Assembly (NCBI GenBank): GCA_963720755.1
Contig: CAVRGP010000013.1
Span: 1-64,000, forward strand
Direction of reading: 5' to 3'
From: an uncultured Chloroflexia bacterium
Lineage (GTDB): Bacteria; Chloroflexota; Limnocylindria; Limnocylindrales; CSP1-4
Length of the DNA stretch: 64,000 nt
The position numbers and the translations under genes are program-made. The notes beneath the pieces were generated by a model. It was not told the DNA's origin. It worked only from the letters and a program-made list of their open reading frames with translations, and searched no databases. Position 1 is the first letter of the stretch, and each line of letters opens with the position of its first letter. Shown here piece by piece: positions 21,299 through 31,080 of this stretch.

Positions 21299-22201
21299 GT
21301 GACCGTCGCGACGCAGTCGGCCATCCGGATCGACGGGCTGGTCAAGCACTACGGCGCGGTCGAGGCCGTGCGCGGGATCGACCTCGACGTCCGACCGGGC
21401 GAGGTGTTCGGCTTCGTCGGGCCGAACGGGGCGGGCAAGAGCACGACCATCCGGTGCATCCTCGACCTGATCCGTCCGACCGCCGGCACGATCCAGGTCC
21501 TCGGCATGGATCCTCGCGCGGACGGGGTCGCGGTCCGTGGCCGGATCGGCTATGTCCCGGGCGAGCTTCGCCTTCCGGAGCGGATGACCTCCGCCCAGTT
21601 CGTCGACTCGATCGCGAACCTCCGCGGCGGCGTCGACGAGGCCAGGCGGGATGCCATCGTCGACCGGTTGCAGATCGACCTCGGCCGCAAGATGCGCGAC
21701 CTGTCGTCCGGGAATCGCCGCAAGATCGCCCTGCTGGTGGCGTTTGCGACCCGGTCGGACCTGTTGATCCTCGATGAGCCGACGAGCGGGCTCGACCCGC
21801 TGATGCAGCACGAGTTCCTGGGCATGGTCAAGGACGCCCGGAACGACGGGACGACCGTGTTCCTGTCGTCCCATGTCCTGAGTGAGATCCAGCGGGCCTC
21901 CGACCGGGTCGCGGTCCTCCGTGCCGGCAAGATCGTCGCCCAGGGGACCGTGGACGAGTTGCGCGGTCGAGCCCGCCAGCGGATCGAGGTCTGGTTCACG
22001 GACGACGTGCCGACCGAGGCAACCCAGGCCATCCCGGGTCTGGTCGACCTGGTCGTCGACGGGCGCAGGCTGGAGGCAACCCTGGCCGGGTCGGTCCAGC
22101 CGCTCCTGGAGGTCCTGGCCAGGCATGCGGTCGCCAGCGTCGTCATCGAAGAGCCCGATCTCGAGGAAGCCTTCCTCGAGCTGTACGCGGAGCCGTCATG
22201 A
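21299..22201 (+). CDS. ABC transporter ATP-binding protein
   Basis: GPNGAGKST, LSSGN, LILDEPTSGLD, SSH. Confidence 0.93.
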   Translation: MTVATQSAIRIDGLVKHYGAVEAVRGIDLDVRPGEVFGFVGPNGAGKSTTIRCILDLIRPTAGTIQVLGMDPRADGVAVRGRIGYVPGELRLPERMTSAQFVDSIANLRGGVDEARRDAIVDRLQIDLGRKMRDLSSGNRRKIALLVAFATRSDLLILDEPTSGLDPLMQHEFLGMVKDARNDGTTVFLSSHVLSEIQRASDRVAVLRAGKIVAQGTVDELRGRARQRIEVWFTDDVPTEATQAIPGLVDLVVDGRRLEATLAGSVQPLLEVLARHAVASVVIEEPDLEEAFLELYAEPS

Positions 22202-23004
22202 ACGCCCGCAGGATCGAGCTCGTCGTGGCTCCGCTTCGCCAGCTCCGACGGGGGGCCATCGGCTGGGGGCTGGGCCTGGCCTCGCTCGTCGCCGTGACGG
22301 TCGCGTTCTGGCCGCTCTTCCGCGACTCGTCGGGGATCAGCCAGGCCATCGACCAGCTCCCGCCCGGCCTCATCGACGCCTTCGGTCTGGCCGGGTTCGG
22401 GACGCCGGCCGGCTTCCTGCGCGGCAACCTGTACGAGTTCGTGGTGCCACTCCTGCTGGCCATCGCCGCCATCGCCACGGCCAATGGCCTCACCGCGGGG
22501 GAAGAGGACTCGGGCCGGATGGAGGTCTACCTCGCCCAACCGGTCACCCGTCGCTCGCTCTTCACCGGGCGGATCGGCGCCGGCGTGATCTGGCTGATCC
22601 TCATGACCGCGTTCATCGCCGTGGTCCAGCTGATCAGCAACGTCGTGTTCGACCTCACCATCGACACGACGCTGGTGTTATCCACGGTGATCCTGTGCGG
22701 CCTCCTGGCTCTGCTCTTCGAAGCGCTGGCCTTCGCGATCGCGGGATGGTATCCGCGACCATCGGTCGTCCTGGGCGTCGGTATCGCGGTGTCGGTCGGT
22801 GGGTACCTCGTGTCCGCGCTGTTCCCGCTCAGCGACGCGCTCGATGCCTTCAGCGCGCTGTCTCCCTGGAAGTGGGCGCTCGGCGGCGATCCGCTCATCA
22901 ATCCGGCGGAACCGTGGCGATATCTTGCACTCGTCATCCCGGCGATCGTGCTGGCGGCCATCGGCGTGGTCGGCTTCATCCGGCGCGACGTCCGGGCTGC
23001 CTGA
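22198..23004 (+). CDS. ABC-2 type exporter permease
   Basis: About six TM segments; AGEEDSGRMEVYLAQPVTR motif; ATGA overlap. Confidence 0.88.
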   Translation: MNARRIELVVAPLRQLRRGAIGWGLGLASLVAVTVAFWPLFRDSSGISQAIDQLPPGLIDAFGLAGFGTPAGFLRGNLYEFVVPLLLAIAAIATANGLTAGEEDSGRMEVYLAQPVTRRSLFTGRIGAGVIWLILMTAFIAVVQLISNVVFDLTIDTTLVLSTVILCGLLALLFEALAFAIAGWYPRPSVVLGVGIAVSVGGYLVSALFPLSDALDAFSALSPWKWALGGDPLINPAEPWRYLALVIPAIVLAAIGVVGFIRRDVRAA

Positions 23005-23025
23005 GGGACCTCGAGTATCGCCACC

Positions 23026-23805
23026 GTGACGACCGCCCGCGACCATCCGCCCGAGCTGGCGGCGGAGGATACGTCCTTCGCCCGCGGTCTCCGGCTGCTC
23101 CTGATGGTCTCCGACCGTGGCGAAGTCCGGGCGGATGACCTCGCCGCCCTGCTGGACATGCCGATCTCGACCGTCTACCGCTACCTCCGGACGCTCGGCG
23201 ACTTCGGTTTCGTCGATCGCCACGAGGGCCTGTTCCGGCTGGGTCCGAAGTTGCACATCGGGACGGGCGCCATCGTGACGACCGAGGACCTGATCCGTGT
23301 CGCCGACGCCCCCATGCGGATGCTCGTTCACGACACCGGCGAGACCGCGGTCGTCGTCCGTCGGATCGGCCTGTCGGCGGTCTGCCTCCATCAGGTCGAA
23401 TGCGACAAGGCGCTCCGCGTCGCACTCGAACCCGGTTCGATGTCACCGCTGCACGCCGGCGCCCTCGGCCGGGTCCTCCTCGCCTACGCTCCGACCGAAG
23501 TCCTCGATGAGGTCCTGGCGCAGGATCTCGACCGGATCCCGACCGGCACGCCGACCGAGGACGCGCTCCGGTCCGCCCTCGACGAGATCGTGCGAACCGG
23601 GACGGCGGTCAGTGACGGCGAGGCGATCGACGGGTCGGTCGAACTCGTGGCGCCCGTCTTCCGGGACGATGGGATCGTGGGGGCGATCGGTCTGCTCGGG
23701 CCGTCCTCCCGATGCGGCGCTCGCTGGCAGGCACGCGCACGACGTCGACTGTCCGAAGCCGCCTGGACGATCAATGCCGCGCTGGCGGACGGACGATCCG
23801 GGTAG
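23026..23805 (+). CDS. IclR-family transcriptional regulator
   Basis: HTH LAALLDMPISTVYRYLRTL; TGETA; PLHAGALGRVLLAY. Confidence 0.9.
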   Translation: MTTARDHPPELAAEDTSFARGLRLLLMVSDRGEVRADDLAALLDMPISTVYRYLRTLGDFGFVDRHEGLFRLGPKLHIGTGAIVTTEDLIRVADAPMRMLVHDTGETAVVVRRIGLSAVCLHQVECDKALRVALEPGSMSPLHAGALGRVLLAYAPTEVLDEVLAQDLDRIPTGTPTEDALRSALDEIVRTGTAVSDGEAIDGSVELVAPVFRDDGIVGAIGLLGPSSRCGARWQARARRRLSEAAWTINAALADGRSG

Positions 23806-23890
23806 CGACCGGGACTATCGTCTCGCATCATGGCAGACGCATCTCTCATGGTATGGCAATTCGTGGCGGCAGACGCTATGCTGCACCGAC

Positions 23891-24400
23891 ATGGACAGCC
23901 GACGTCGCCCGCAGTTCGACCGATTGACCCCGGTTTCCGACCGGTACGCCGGCCTGCCCGTCGCTGACGCGTTCGATTGGGCGGCCTGCCTTGACGATGT
24001 CGGACCGGGCGAGTGGTACATGGTCGCCTTCCGCTCGGTGCGTCGAGCCAACGTCGATGAGGATCGGTTGAACGCCTACGACGACTGGGCGCACAAAGAG
24101 GCGATGGGTGCTCCGGGCTACGTCCACTACTTCAAGGGACCGACCTGCCCGGACGGGCGATGCATGTCGTTCTGCCTGTGGGACAGTCGCACCGAGGCCC
24201 GCGCGGCCTCCGGCAGCGCCGCCCACACCCAGGCGGCCGCCCTGACCCACGAGGCCTACGCGGAGTACTCCCTGGAATTCCACCGCGTGACCCGGGTCGC
24301 CGGTGGCGGGTTCACCTTCCAGCCGTACGACGCGCCGGATCTCACCGCCATCGAACCGGCTCCCGCCGCCGGGATCGTGCCCGGGCTCGCCGCCACCTGA
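23891..24400 (+). CDS. Hypothetical dimeric alpha-beta barrel protein (resembles fungal UPF0643)
   Basis: YAGLPVADAFDW, WYMVAFRSVRR, AHKEA, SFCLWDSRTEA; TATGCT -10 upstream. Confidence 0.65.
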   Translation: MDSRRRPQFDRLTPVSDRYAGLPVADAFDWAACLDDVGPGEWYMVAFRSVRRANVDEDRLNAYDDWAHKEAMGAPGYVHYFKGPTCPDGRCMSFCLWDSRTEARAASGSAAHTQAAALTHEAYAEYSLEFHRVTRVAGGGFTFQPYDAPDLTAIEPAPAAGIVPGLAAT

Positions 24401-24474
24401 TCCCCCGGTCCGACCCGCTCGCCCGGGTCCCGGACCGTACGGCCCGAAACCTCCGTCCTGCTATCGTGCGAACG

Positions 24475-25203
24475 ATGGCGATCGAAGCGCAGGCACCCGG
24501 ACGACACGGGTCGACCCCTGAGCCGGGGCCGATCGTCGTCTCGTGGCTTGGACGGGTCGCGTACCTCGATGGGCTGGCCCTCCAGAAGCGGCTCATGACC
24601 GAGCGCGCCGACGGCCGGATCGGCGACCAGCTGCTGTTGCTCGAGCACCCGCCCGTCCTGACCCTCGGCCGGACCGCGGACCCGGCTCACGTCCGGGCGG
24701 ATCCCGCGACGCTGGCCGACCGCGGCATCGACGTCGTCCGGGTGGAGCGCGGCGGTGAGGTCACCTACCACGGCCCGGGCCAGCTCGTCGCCTACCCGAT
24801 CATCGCGTTGGCCTCGCGCGGGCTCATGGTCCGACCCCTCGTCCGGATCCTGGAAGCGGCCTTGGTCGAGACCTGTGCGGCCTACGGCGTCATCGCCGCC
24901 CGGCGTGACGGGCACCCCGGTTGCTGGTGTGAGCCGGACAGCGACAGCCCACGGAAGATCGGCGCCCTCGGGCTTCGCATCGAGCGTGGGGTCAGCTATC
25001 ACGGCGTGGCCCTCAACGTGACCGTGGACCTGACCGACTTCGAACTGATCGACGCGTGCGGGATGCCGGACGTCGTGTCGACCTCGATCGCTCGCGAGGT
25101 GGGCTCCCTCGCAATCCCGACCACCGCCTCGGTCGAACGTGCCGGACGGATCTTCGGCGCGGCCCTCGCCGCCGGACTCGGCGCGCCCCTGGCGGAACGC
25201 TGA
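24475..25203 (+). CDS. lipB: Lipoyl(octanoyl) transferase
   Basis: LLEHPPVLTLG, RGGEVTYHGPGQLVAYP, KIGALG, HGVALNV, ACG. Confidence 0.93.
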   Translation: MAIEAQAPGRHGSTPEPGPIVVSWLGRVAYLDGLALQKRLMTERADGRIGDQLLLLEHPPVLTLGRTADPAHVRADPATLADRGIDVVRVERGGEVTYHGPGQLVAYPIIALASRGLMVRPLVRILEAALVETCAAYGVIAARRDGHPGCWCEPDSDSPRKIGALGLRIERGVSYHGVALNVTVDLTDFELIDACGMPDVVSTSIAREVGSLAIPTTASVERAGRIFGAALAAGLGAPLAER

Positions 25204-25208
25204 CCGCC

Positions 25209-26207
25209 ATGGCCGCCGGACTGTTCGAGCTGCGCAAAGACCCGATCACGGGCTGGTGGGTGGCGACGATCGTGGATCGGGCATTCCACCGCGACCGGTT
25301 CGCCCGGGCCGCCGAGCCGGTCGAGGACCAGCTGTTCGGCTGCGCGAACTGCTCGACGCCGGCCGGCGACGGGATCCGGATCCGGATGCTCAAGGACTTC
25401 GCGTTCCACGTCGTGGGGACCGACGACGACGCTCGCGAACTGGAGCGCGGCCTTGGCCAGGTCGCGCTTGCCCAGGCCCGGGCGACCGGGAGCTGGCGGA
25501 CGATCGTCGCACCGCCGCAGGAGCATCGTGCACTCCATGCCGTCGGCAACGCCCTGATCGAAGGGCTGCTCGGCGCGGCACGGGACGCCCTGGCCACGAC
25601 CCGGGCGACGGCCCAGACGGACTACGTCCAGGTCGTCCAGAACTGGGGCGCGCAGGCCGGGGCCCGGACCAACCATCTCTGCCTCGACCTGTACGACTTG
25701 CCCCAGATCCCGCATCGGATCGCGGAGGAGCTGGGCGGGGCGGCCCGGTTCGTCATCCGGGAAGGTGAATGCCCGTTCTGCCGGCTCGTCCGAGAGGAGC
25801 CCCAGCGGCCGGAGCGCCTGGTCTGGGAGGACAACGCGAATATCGCCTTCGCGCCGTATGCATCGCGCTCGCCATTCGAGATCTGGATCGTGCCGCGCCG
25901 CCACGAAGCCGATTTCGGCCGCGCCACGGACCAGGATGTCGCGTCGACGGCCGAGGCACTTCGCCAGGTCCTGTCGCGCCTCGCGACCAGCCTCGACGGC
26001 CCGCCCTACAACCTCGTCCTGCACACGGCACCGCTGCGCGAGCAGGTCGATGCGACCTATCACTGGCATTGGGAGATCCATCCGCGACTGCGCGAGATCG
26101 CAGGTCTGGAGCTCGGGACCGGGCTTCCGGTCAACCCCGTGTCGCCCGAGGATGCGGTGGAGGAACTCCTTGGCCGGGCAGATCGTGATGCTGGCAGCCA
26201 GGCCTGA
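25209..26207 (+). CDS. GalT-like (HIT superfamily) protein with an altered active site
   Basis: ELRKDPITGWWV, CPFC, PYASRSPFEIWIVPRRH, YHWHWEIHPRL, AGLELGTG..VNPVSPE; HLCLD in place of HPHxQ. Confidence 0.85.
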   Translation: MAAGLFELRKDPITGWWVATIVDRAFHRDRFARAAEPVEDQLFGCANCSTPAGDGIRIRMLKDFAFHVVGTDDDARELERGLGQVALAQARATGSWRTIVAPPQEHRALHAVGNALIEGLLGAARDALATTRATAQTDYVQVVQNWGAQAGARTNHLCLDLYDLPQIPHRIAEELGGAARFVIREGECPFCRLVREEPQRPERLVWEDNANIAFAPYASRSPFEIWIVPRRHEADFGRATDQDVASTAEALRQVLSRLATSLDGPPYNLVLHTAPLREQVDATYHWHWEIHPRLREIAGLELGTGLPVNPVSPEDAVEELLGRADRDAGSQA

Positions 26208-26324
26208 GGCCCGGCCCCCGGGGAGCCTCCGGCGTCACACCAACCCCGGGCCCGTCGTCTCTGGCCCGACGAGTGCGCGCTGCCCGATGACCGCGCCTCG
26301 AGCGATATCCCGCCCGGAGAACCT

Positions 26325-26987
26325 GTGGTCGCCGATCCCTCCAACACCGTCTCGCGCGGACCGTTCGAGTACCGCCGTGTCCTCGGACCGGGACCCGTGC
26401 CGATGAGCGGAACGTGGGACCAGGGCGAAGCCGACGCGTTCATCGAGACGCTGTTCGCCAAGCATCACGGTGAGATCTATGCGTACCTGCTGCGCATGTT
26501 GCGGGAGCCGGAATTGGCTGCCGACCTGACCCAGGACGCGTTCGTCAAGGCCTACAAGAACTACGACACGCTGGAGAAGCCCGAGAACGCCCGGGCGTGG
26601 CTCTACCAGATCGCTCATCGCGTGGCCCTCGATGAGATCCGGCGCCGGAAGATCATCCGATTCTTCCCGTGGACCGGAGAGTCCCAAGGATCGTCACCGT
26701 CGGCCGAGCACCTGGTGATGGATGCGCATCTTTCGGGCGACATGCAGCGGGCCCTCGCGCGCATCCCGGAGCGCCAGCGGGCGGCCCTGATCCTGGCGGA
26801 ACTGCACGACCTGACCGGCCTCGAGCTGGCGGCCGCGCTGGGAGTGAGTCACATCGCCGCCCGCGCGCTGCTCACCCGGGCCCGCGAGAGTCTTCGTCAG
26901 GCCCTCGCCGCCGAGCGGACCGCGGAGGCCGAGGCAGAGGCCGCGCGAGACGCGATGTCTTCGACCCCGTCGGAGAAGCACCGATGA
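26325..26987 (+). CDS. ECF RNA polymerase sigma factor (true start may be 26403)
   Basis: AADLTQDAFVKAY, AWLYQIAHR; region 4 ELAAALG...LLTRARESLR. Confidence 0.9.
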   Translation: MVADPSNTVSRGPFEYRRVLGPGPVPMSGTWDQGEADAFIETLFAKHHGEIYAYLLRMLREPELAADLTQDAFVKAYKNYDTLEKPENARAWLYQIAHRVALDEIRRRKIIRFFPWTGESQGSSPSAEHLVMDAHLSGDMQRALARIPERQRAALILAELHDLTGLELAAALGVSHIAARALLTRARESLRQALAAERTAEAEAEAARDAMSSTPSEKHR

Positions 26988-28768
26988 GTCGAGCGCTGCG
27001 CCTTCGCCGCCACCGGACCGATGGTGCCGGGTCCATCCACGAGCGGGCGCGGCGCCTGGCCGCGGAGCAGCTCGATGAGCCACTCGCACCGACCGATGCC
27101 TCCTGGCTGAACGACCATCTCACCGGCTGTGAGCCGTGTCGGGACATCGCGTCCGAATACGCGGCGGATCGGATCTCCCTGCGCCGCCTGCGCGACCAGG
27201 AGACCACGCCCCCGCGCGACCTGTGGGCGCGGACCTCGGCGGCACTCGAGAGTGAGCGTCGAACCGGCAGCCGCACGACGGCCGGCTCGTCCGCTCGCCG
27301 ATCGAATCGACCCGGACCGGCCGTCGGGGTGCTGTCCGGCATCGCGGTCATCGCCGTGGTCATCGGCGCGAGCGTCCTGTCCGGCGGATGGCTCAACGCT
27401 CCAGTGACCCTGGTCGCGCCCACGATGACGGCACCACCGGTCGCCGTGGCGACGGCGCCCGCGACGCCCGGGCCGACTCCCATCGTCGTCGGAGCCGGCG
27501 ATGTCCGCTGGCTTGGCGCAGCCGCCGACGGCGCGCTCGCATTCAATGTGACCGACGTGAACGAAGTCTGTCCCAAGGATCGACAACCGGACTGTGCACC
27601 CGTCTCCGATGGCAACGCGACACGGGTGGATCTCACCGTCCAGCCCAGATCGATCTCCCAATCCCCGGTGCGGAACCAGGCCGTCGTCGTCGGGACCGAT
27701 GGCTCCGGCGGCGATTCGGTGGTGGTCATCGTCCTGCCGACCACCGGACCGACCAGCGAACCGAGCCCGACGCCGACAACGGAGCCGACCCCGTCCACTG
27801 CTGCGAGCCCGACGGATCCGCCCACCGAGACGCCACCACCGACCGAGACCCCGGTACCACCGACGCCGACTCCCACGCCGACTTCGACGCCGGCGGGCAG
27901 CCCGACGGCGACCCCGACGAGCGAACTCAGCCCGACACCCGAACCGACGGTCGCCGCGACCCTCGCGATCGCGTCCGGCGTCAAGGTCGTGGGCGAGTCC
28001 GCCGCGTATTCACCGGACGGCGAGTGGTTCGCCTTCACGGCCCGGTCCTCGGACGACACGACCGGCCCCGACATCTACGTCTGGCATGTCGGCGATGGGT
28101 CGGCCCGGGCGTTGACCGACGATCACGCCAGCGTCTTCGCGTCCTGGCTGGACGACCGGCTGCTCGGCAGTCGAGCGCTCGGTCTTGGGGCCGAGACGAG
28201 TGGCGAAGTGGCTCCCGCGTCGTTCCTGATGGATCCGGCGACCGGCGAGGAGACGATGCTGCAGGCGCCGATCTGGCGCCCGGTCGTCGATCCCACGGGC
28301 TCGTGGGCGGTGGGTTGGGACGGCACCGTCCTGGCCGCCCCGGACGGGCTGACCGCCATCCCCGGGTCCGGCTCGCTCGTTCTCCAGCGGTTCACGCCCG
28401 GTGGCGACATCCAGGGGGACGGCGCCGGGACGCCCGTCGTCGACGGTCAGGTCGGTGACTTCGACATCCGGTGGGACGAGACCGGCTCGTGGCTGGCCAT
28501 CTGGATCGCCGATGGTGGCGACCCCGATCTCGGGCGGCTCAGCCTCTGGCATCTCGATCCGGAGACCGGCGAACTCAGGCGACCGGACGGAGCGCCGACC
28601 GACGTCACCGCGCTGAGCGGCTTCTCGATCGGTGATGGGCGGCTGGCATGGGCAACGCCCCCGGGCCAGGGTGGCGAGGGAAGCCGGGTCCAGATCGTCG
28701 CCTGGTCGAAGGGTGCCGTGGGCGCGGTCGAAAGCGGCCCCGTCGTGGATGTCGTCCTGATCCACTGA
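26984..28768 (+). CDS. Zinc-finger (ZAS) anti-sigma factor with TM helix, Pro/Thr linker and beta-propeller-like extracellular domain
   Basis: HLTGCEPC (HxxxCxxC), one TM, PT repeats, AAYSPDGEWFAF; ATGA overlap with the sigma gene. Confidence 0.8.
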   Translation: MSRALRLRRHRTDGAGSIHERARRLAAEQLDEPLAPTDASWLNDHLTGCEPCRDIASEYAADRISLRRLRDQETTPPRDLWARTSAALESERRTGSRTTAGSSARRSNRPGPAVGVLSGIAVIAVVIGASVLSGGWLNAPVTLVAPTMTAPPVAVATAPATPGPTPIVVGAGDVRWLGAAADGALAFNVTDVNEVCPKDRQPDCAPVSDGNATRVDLTVQPRSISQSPVRNQAVVVGTDGSGGDSVVVIVLPTTGPTSEPSPTPTTEPTPSTAASPTDPPTETPPPTETPVPPTPTPTPTSTPAGSPTATPTSELSPTPEPTVAATLAIASGVKVVGESAAYSPDGEWFAFTARSSDDTTGPDIYVWHVGDGSARALTDDHASVFASWLDDRLLGSRALGLGAETSGEVAPASFLMDPATGEETMLQAPIWRPVVDPTGSWAVGWDGTVLAAPDGLTAIPGSGSLVLQRFTPGGDIQGDGAGTPVVDGQVGDFDIRWDETGSWLAIWIADGGDPDLGRLSLWHLDPETGELRRPDGAPTDVTALSGFSIGDGRLAWATPPGQGGEGSRVQIVAWSKGAVGAVESGPVVDVVLIH

Positions 28769-28835
28769 GCGGCCGCGTCGCGCCCCGCAGAGTCGCGATG
28801 CAACGACCCGCGAACCGGCGTATCGTCTTCATCTC

Positions 28836-29393
28836 ATGCGGCCGTCCAGATTGGTCGTAGGGTCGGTGCTCACCGCGGCCCTCGCCCTGGTCGCGCTCCC
28901 GGGTCTTGCCGGTTCACGGGTCCCCAGCCCGGCCGAACCCATCCCCGCGAGTGCGTTCCAGACTTTCGATACCAGCGCGCGAACGTCACGATCGACGGTC
29001 TCGATCGGACCGCTGGACGCCGCCTCCGGCGGCGCCGGTTCGATGACCGCCGCGACGACGATCGCCGAGCGAGCGCCGGACGCCAGGCCCGTCCTGGATG
29101 GCCGGCCCGCGGTGACCCAACCGGACGTGTCCCCTGGGTCCGTCCGCAAGCCGCCGCTCTCGACGCTCACCGGCTACGCCACCTTCTACGACAACGGGAC
29201 GACGGCCATGCGGCTGCCACTGGGGACGGTGGTCATCATCTGCGGCGATGGCGGCTGCATCCAGCGGGTCGTCACCGACTACGGCCCCCAGAAGCCGAGC
29301 CGGATCGTGGACCTGTACCGACCGGACTTCTTCAAGATCTGCGGCTGCCCGTCATACAGCGGGACGACGACCGTGACGGTGTACGTCTACTGA
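28836..29393 (+). CDS. Secreted protein with an RlpA-like double-psi beta-barrel
   Basis: Signal peptide; GYATFY, LPLGTVV, VTDYGP, RIVDL. Confidence 0.65.
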   Translation: MRPSRLVVGSVLTAALALVALPGLAGSRVPSPAEPIPASAFQTFDTSARTSRSTVSIGPLDAASGGAGSMTAATTIAERAPDARPVLDGRPAVTQPDVSPGSVRKPPLSTLTGYATFYDNGTTAMRLPLGTVVIICGDGGCIQRVVTDYGPQKPSRIVDLYRPDFFKICGCPSYSGTTTVTVYVY

Positions 29394-29437
29394 TCCCGGT
29401 TGCATCGGCCCGGCCCGGGCGCGGTATCCTCTGACTG

Positions 29438-29497
29438 TCCCTTCAGCCACGGCCCCGTGAGGCCGCCAGGGAGGCCCAGTGAGGCCGGGAAGGAGCG
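29438..29497 (+). promoter_or_regulatory. PyrR-binding RNA leader with two tandem loop motifs
   Basis: CCTTC...GGCCCCGTGAGGCC...GGCCCAGTGAGGCC-GGGAAGG directly upstream of pyrR; resembles the PyrR loop ARUCCNGNGAGGYU. Confidence 0.65.
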
Positions 29498-30061
29498 ATG
29501 AGCGGCCGTCAGATCATGACCGCGGACGAGATCCGCCGGGCGACGATCCGGCTGTCCCACGAGATCGTCGAGAAGCAGGCCGGTACGGATGGCTTGCTGC
29601 TGATCGGTATCCAGCGGCGTGGCGTGCCGCTGGCCCACCGCATCGCCGCCGCGATCGAGGCGAACGAGGCCGTGGAGATCCCGGTCGGGGCCCTCGACAT
29701 CACCTTCTATCGGGACGACCTGTCCATGGTCGCCCAGCAGCCGGTGGTCAAGGGCACGGCCCTCCCATCGGGGATCGACGGGCGGACCATCGTCCTCGTC
29801 GACGACGTCTTGTTCACCGGTCGGACGATCCGGGCGGCGATGGACGCGCTCGTCGATTTCGGCCGCCCGCAGGCCATCCGTCTCGCCGTGCTGGTCGACC
29901 GTGGCCACCGGGAGCTGCCGATCCGCGCCGACCATGTCGGCAAGAACGTCCCGACGTCACGAGAGGAACAGGTCCAGGTCCATCTCGAGGAGATCGATGG
30001 CGAGGACGGGGTCGTGATCGATCGGATGATCCCTGAACGCGCCTCGGAGGCGATGGCTTGA
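29498..30061 (+). CDS. pyrR: Pyrimidine regulator / uracil phosphoribosyltransferase
   Basis: [33 protein letters not shown]. Confidence 0.96.
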   Translation: MSGRQIMTADEIRRATIRLSHEIVEKQAGTDGLLLIGIQRRGVPLAHRIAAAIEANEAVEIPVGALDITFYRDDLSMVAQQPVVKGTALPSGIDGRTIVLVDDVLFTGRTIRAAMDALVDFGRPQAIRLAVLVDRGHRELPIRADHVGKNVPTSREEQVQVHLEEIDGEDGVVIDRMIPERASEAMA

Positions 30062-31080
30062 CCCTGGTGACCGTGCCGTCGGTCGATGCCGTCCCGGGCA
30101 GCGAGCCCGTGCCGTGGCGGCATCGGCATCTGCTCGATGTCGATCGCCTGTCGGCCGACGACCTCGACCTGATCATGCGCACGACGGACGCGATGCGCGA
30201 GGTCCTCGCCCGACCCATCGCCAAGGTCCCCGCGTTGCGTGGGCGGCAGGTCACGATCCTGTTCTACGAAGCGTCCACCAGGACCCGGGTGTCGTTCGAG
30301 GTCGCGGCCAAGAACCTGTCGGCCGATGTCGTCAACATCGCGGCGGCCAGTTCGTCGGTCTCGAAGGGCGAGTCGCTGGTCGACACGGTCCGCACCGTCG
30401 AGGCGCTCGGCGCCCACATGCTGGTCATCCGCCACGCCGTGTCGGGGGCGCCGTACCTGGCGGCCGAGACGTTCGGCGGGTCGGTCCTCAACGGCGGTGA
30501 CGGCTGGCATGCGCACCCGACCCAGGGGTTGCTCGACCTGTACACGATGCGGGAGCGACTGCCGGGCGGATCGCTGGCCGGTCGGAAGGTGGTCATCCTT
30601 GGGGACATCCTCCATTCGCGGGTCGCTCGATCCAACATCTGGACACTCACCGCGGCCGGGGCCGACCTGTGGCTGTGCGGCCCGGCCACGCTCGTCCGGG
30701 GGTTCGAGGCCTGGGCGGGACGTGGCGCCGCCGCCGGTCGCCGCTTCCACGTGACGACGTCCGTCGATGACGCCCTGCGCGATGCGGACGTGGTGATGGC
30801 CCTGCGGATCCAGCGCGAGCGGATGGCTGCCGGCCTCCTGCCGTCGCTGCGTGAATACGCGGCAAGGTACGGCCTGACCAGCGAACGCCTGGCGCTGGCC
30901 CGGCCGGATGCCTTCGTGATGCACCCGGGACCGATGAACGAGGGCGTCGAGATCGCGGCCGATGTCGCGGCGGGTCGCCGGTCGGTCATCACCGACCAGG
31001 TGACCAACGGCGTGGCCGTGCGGATGGCGGTCCTGTACCTCCTCGCCGGCACCCAGTCCGGCGGGGCCGAGTCCACGTGA
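30058..31080 (+). CDS. pyrB: Aspartate carbamoyltransferase
   Basis: [36 protein letters not shown]. Confidence 0.96.
   Translation: MTLVTVPSVDAVPGSEPVPWRHRHLLDVDRLSADDLDLIMRTTDAMREVLARPIAKVPALRGRQVTILFYEASTRTRVSFEVAAKNLSADVVNIAAASSSVSKGESLVDTVRTVEALGAHMLVIRHAVSGAPYLAAETFGGSVLNGGDGWHAHPTQGLLDLYTMRERLPGGSLAGRKVVILGDILHSRVARSNIWTLTAAGADLWLCGPATLVRGFEAWAGRGAAAGRRFHVTTSVDDALRDADVVMALRIQRERMAAGLLPSLREYAARYGLTSERLALARPDAFVMHPGPMNEGVEIAADVAAGRRSVITDQVTNGVAVRMAVLYLLAGTQSGGAEST

Noticed and set aside
27740-27960. Short tandem repeats here and at ~60580-60860 as a CRISPR array or VNTR
   Set aside because: They are degenerate Pro/Thr/Lys linker codons inside ORFs, with no fixed repeat-spacer period.
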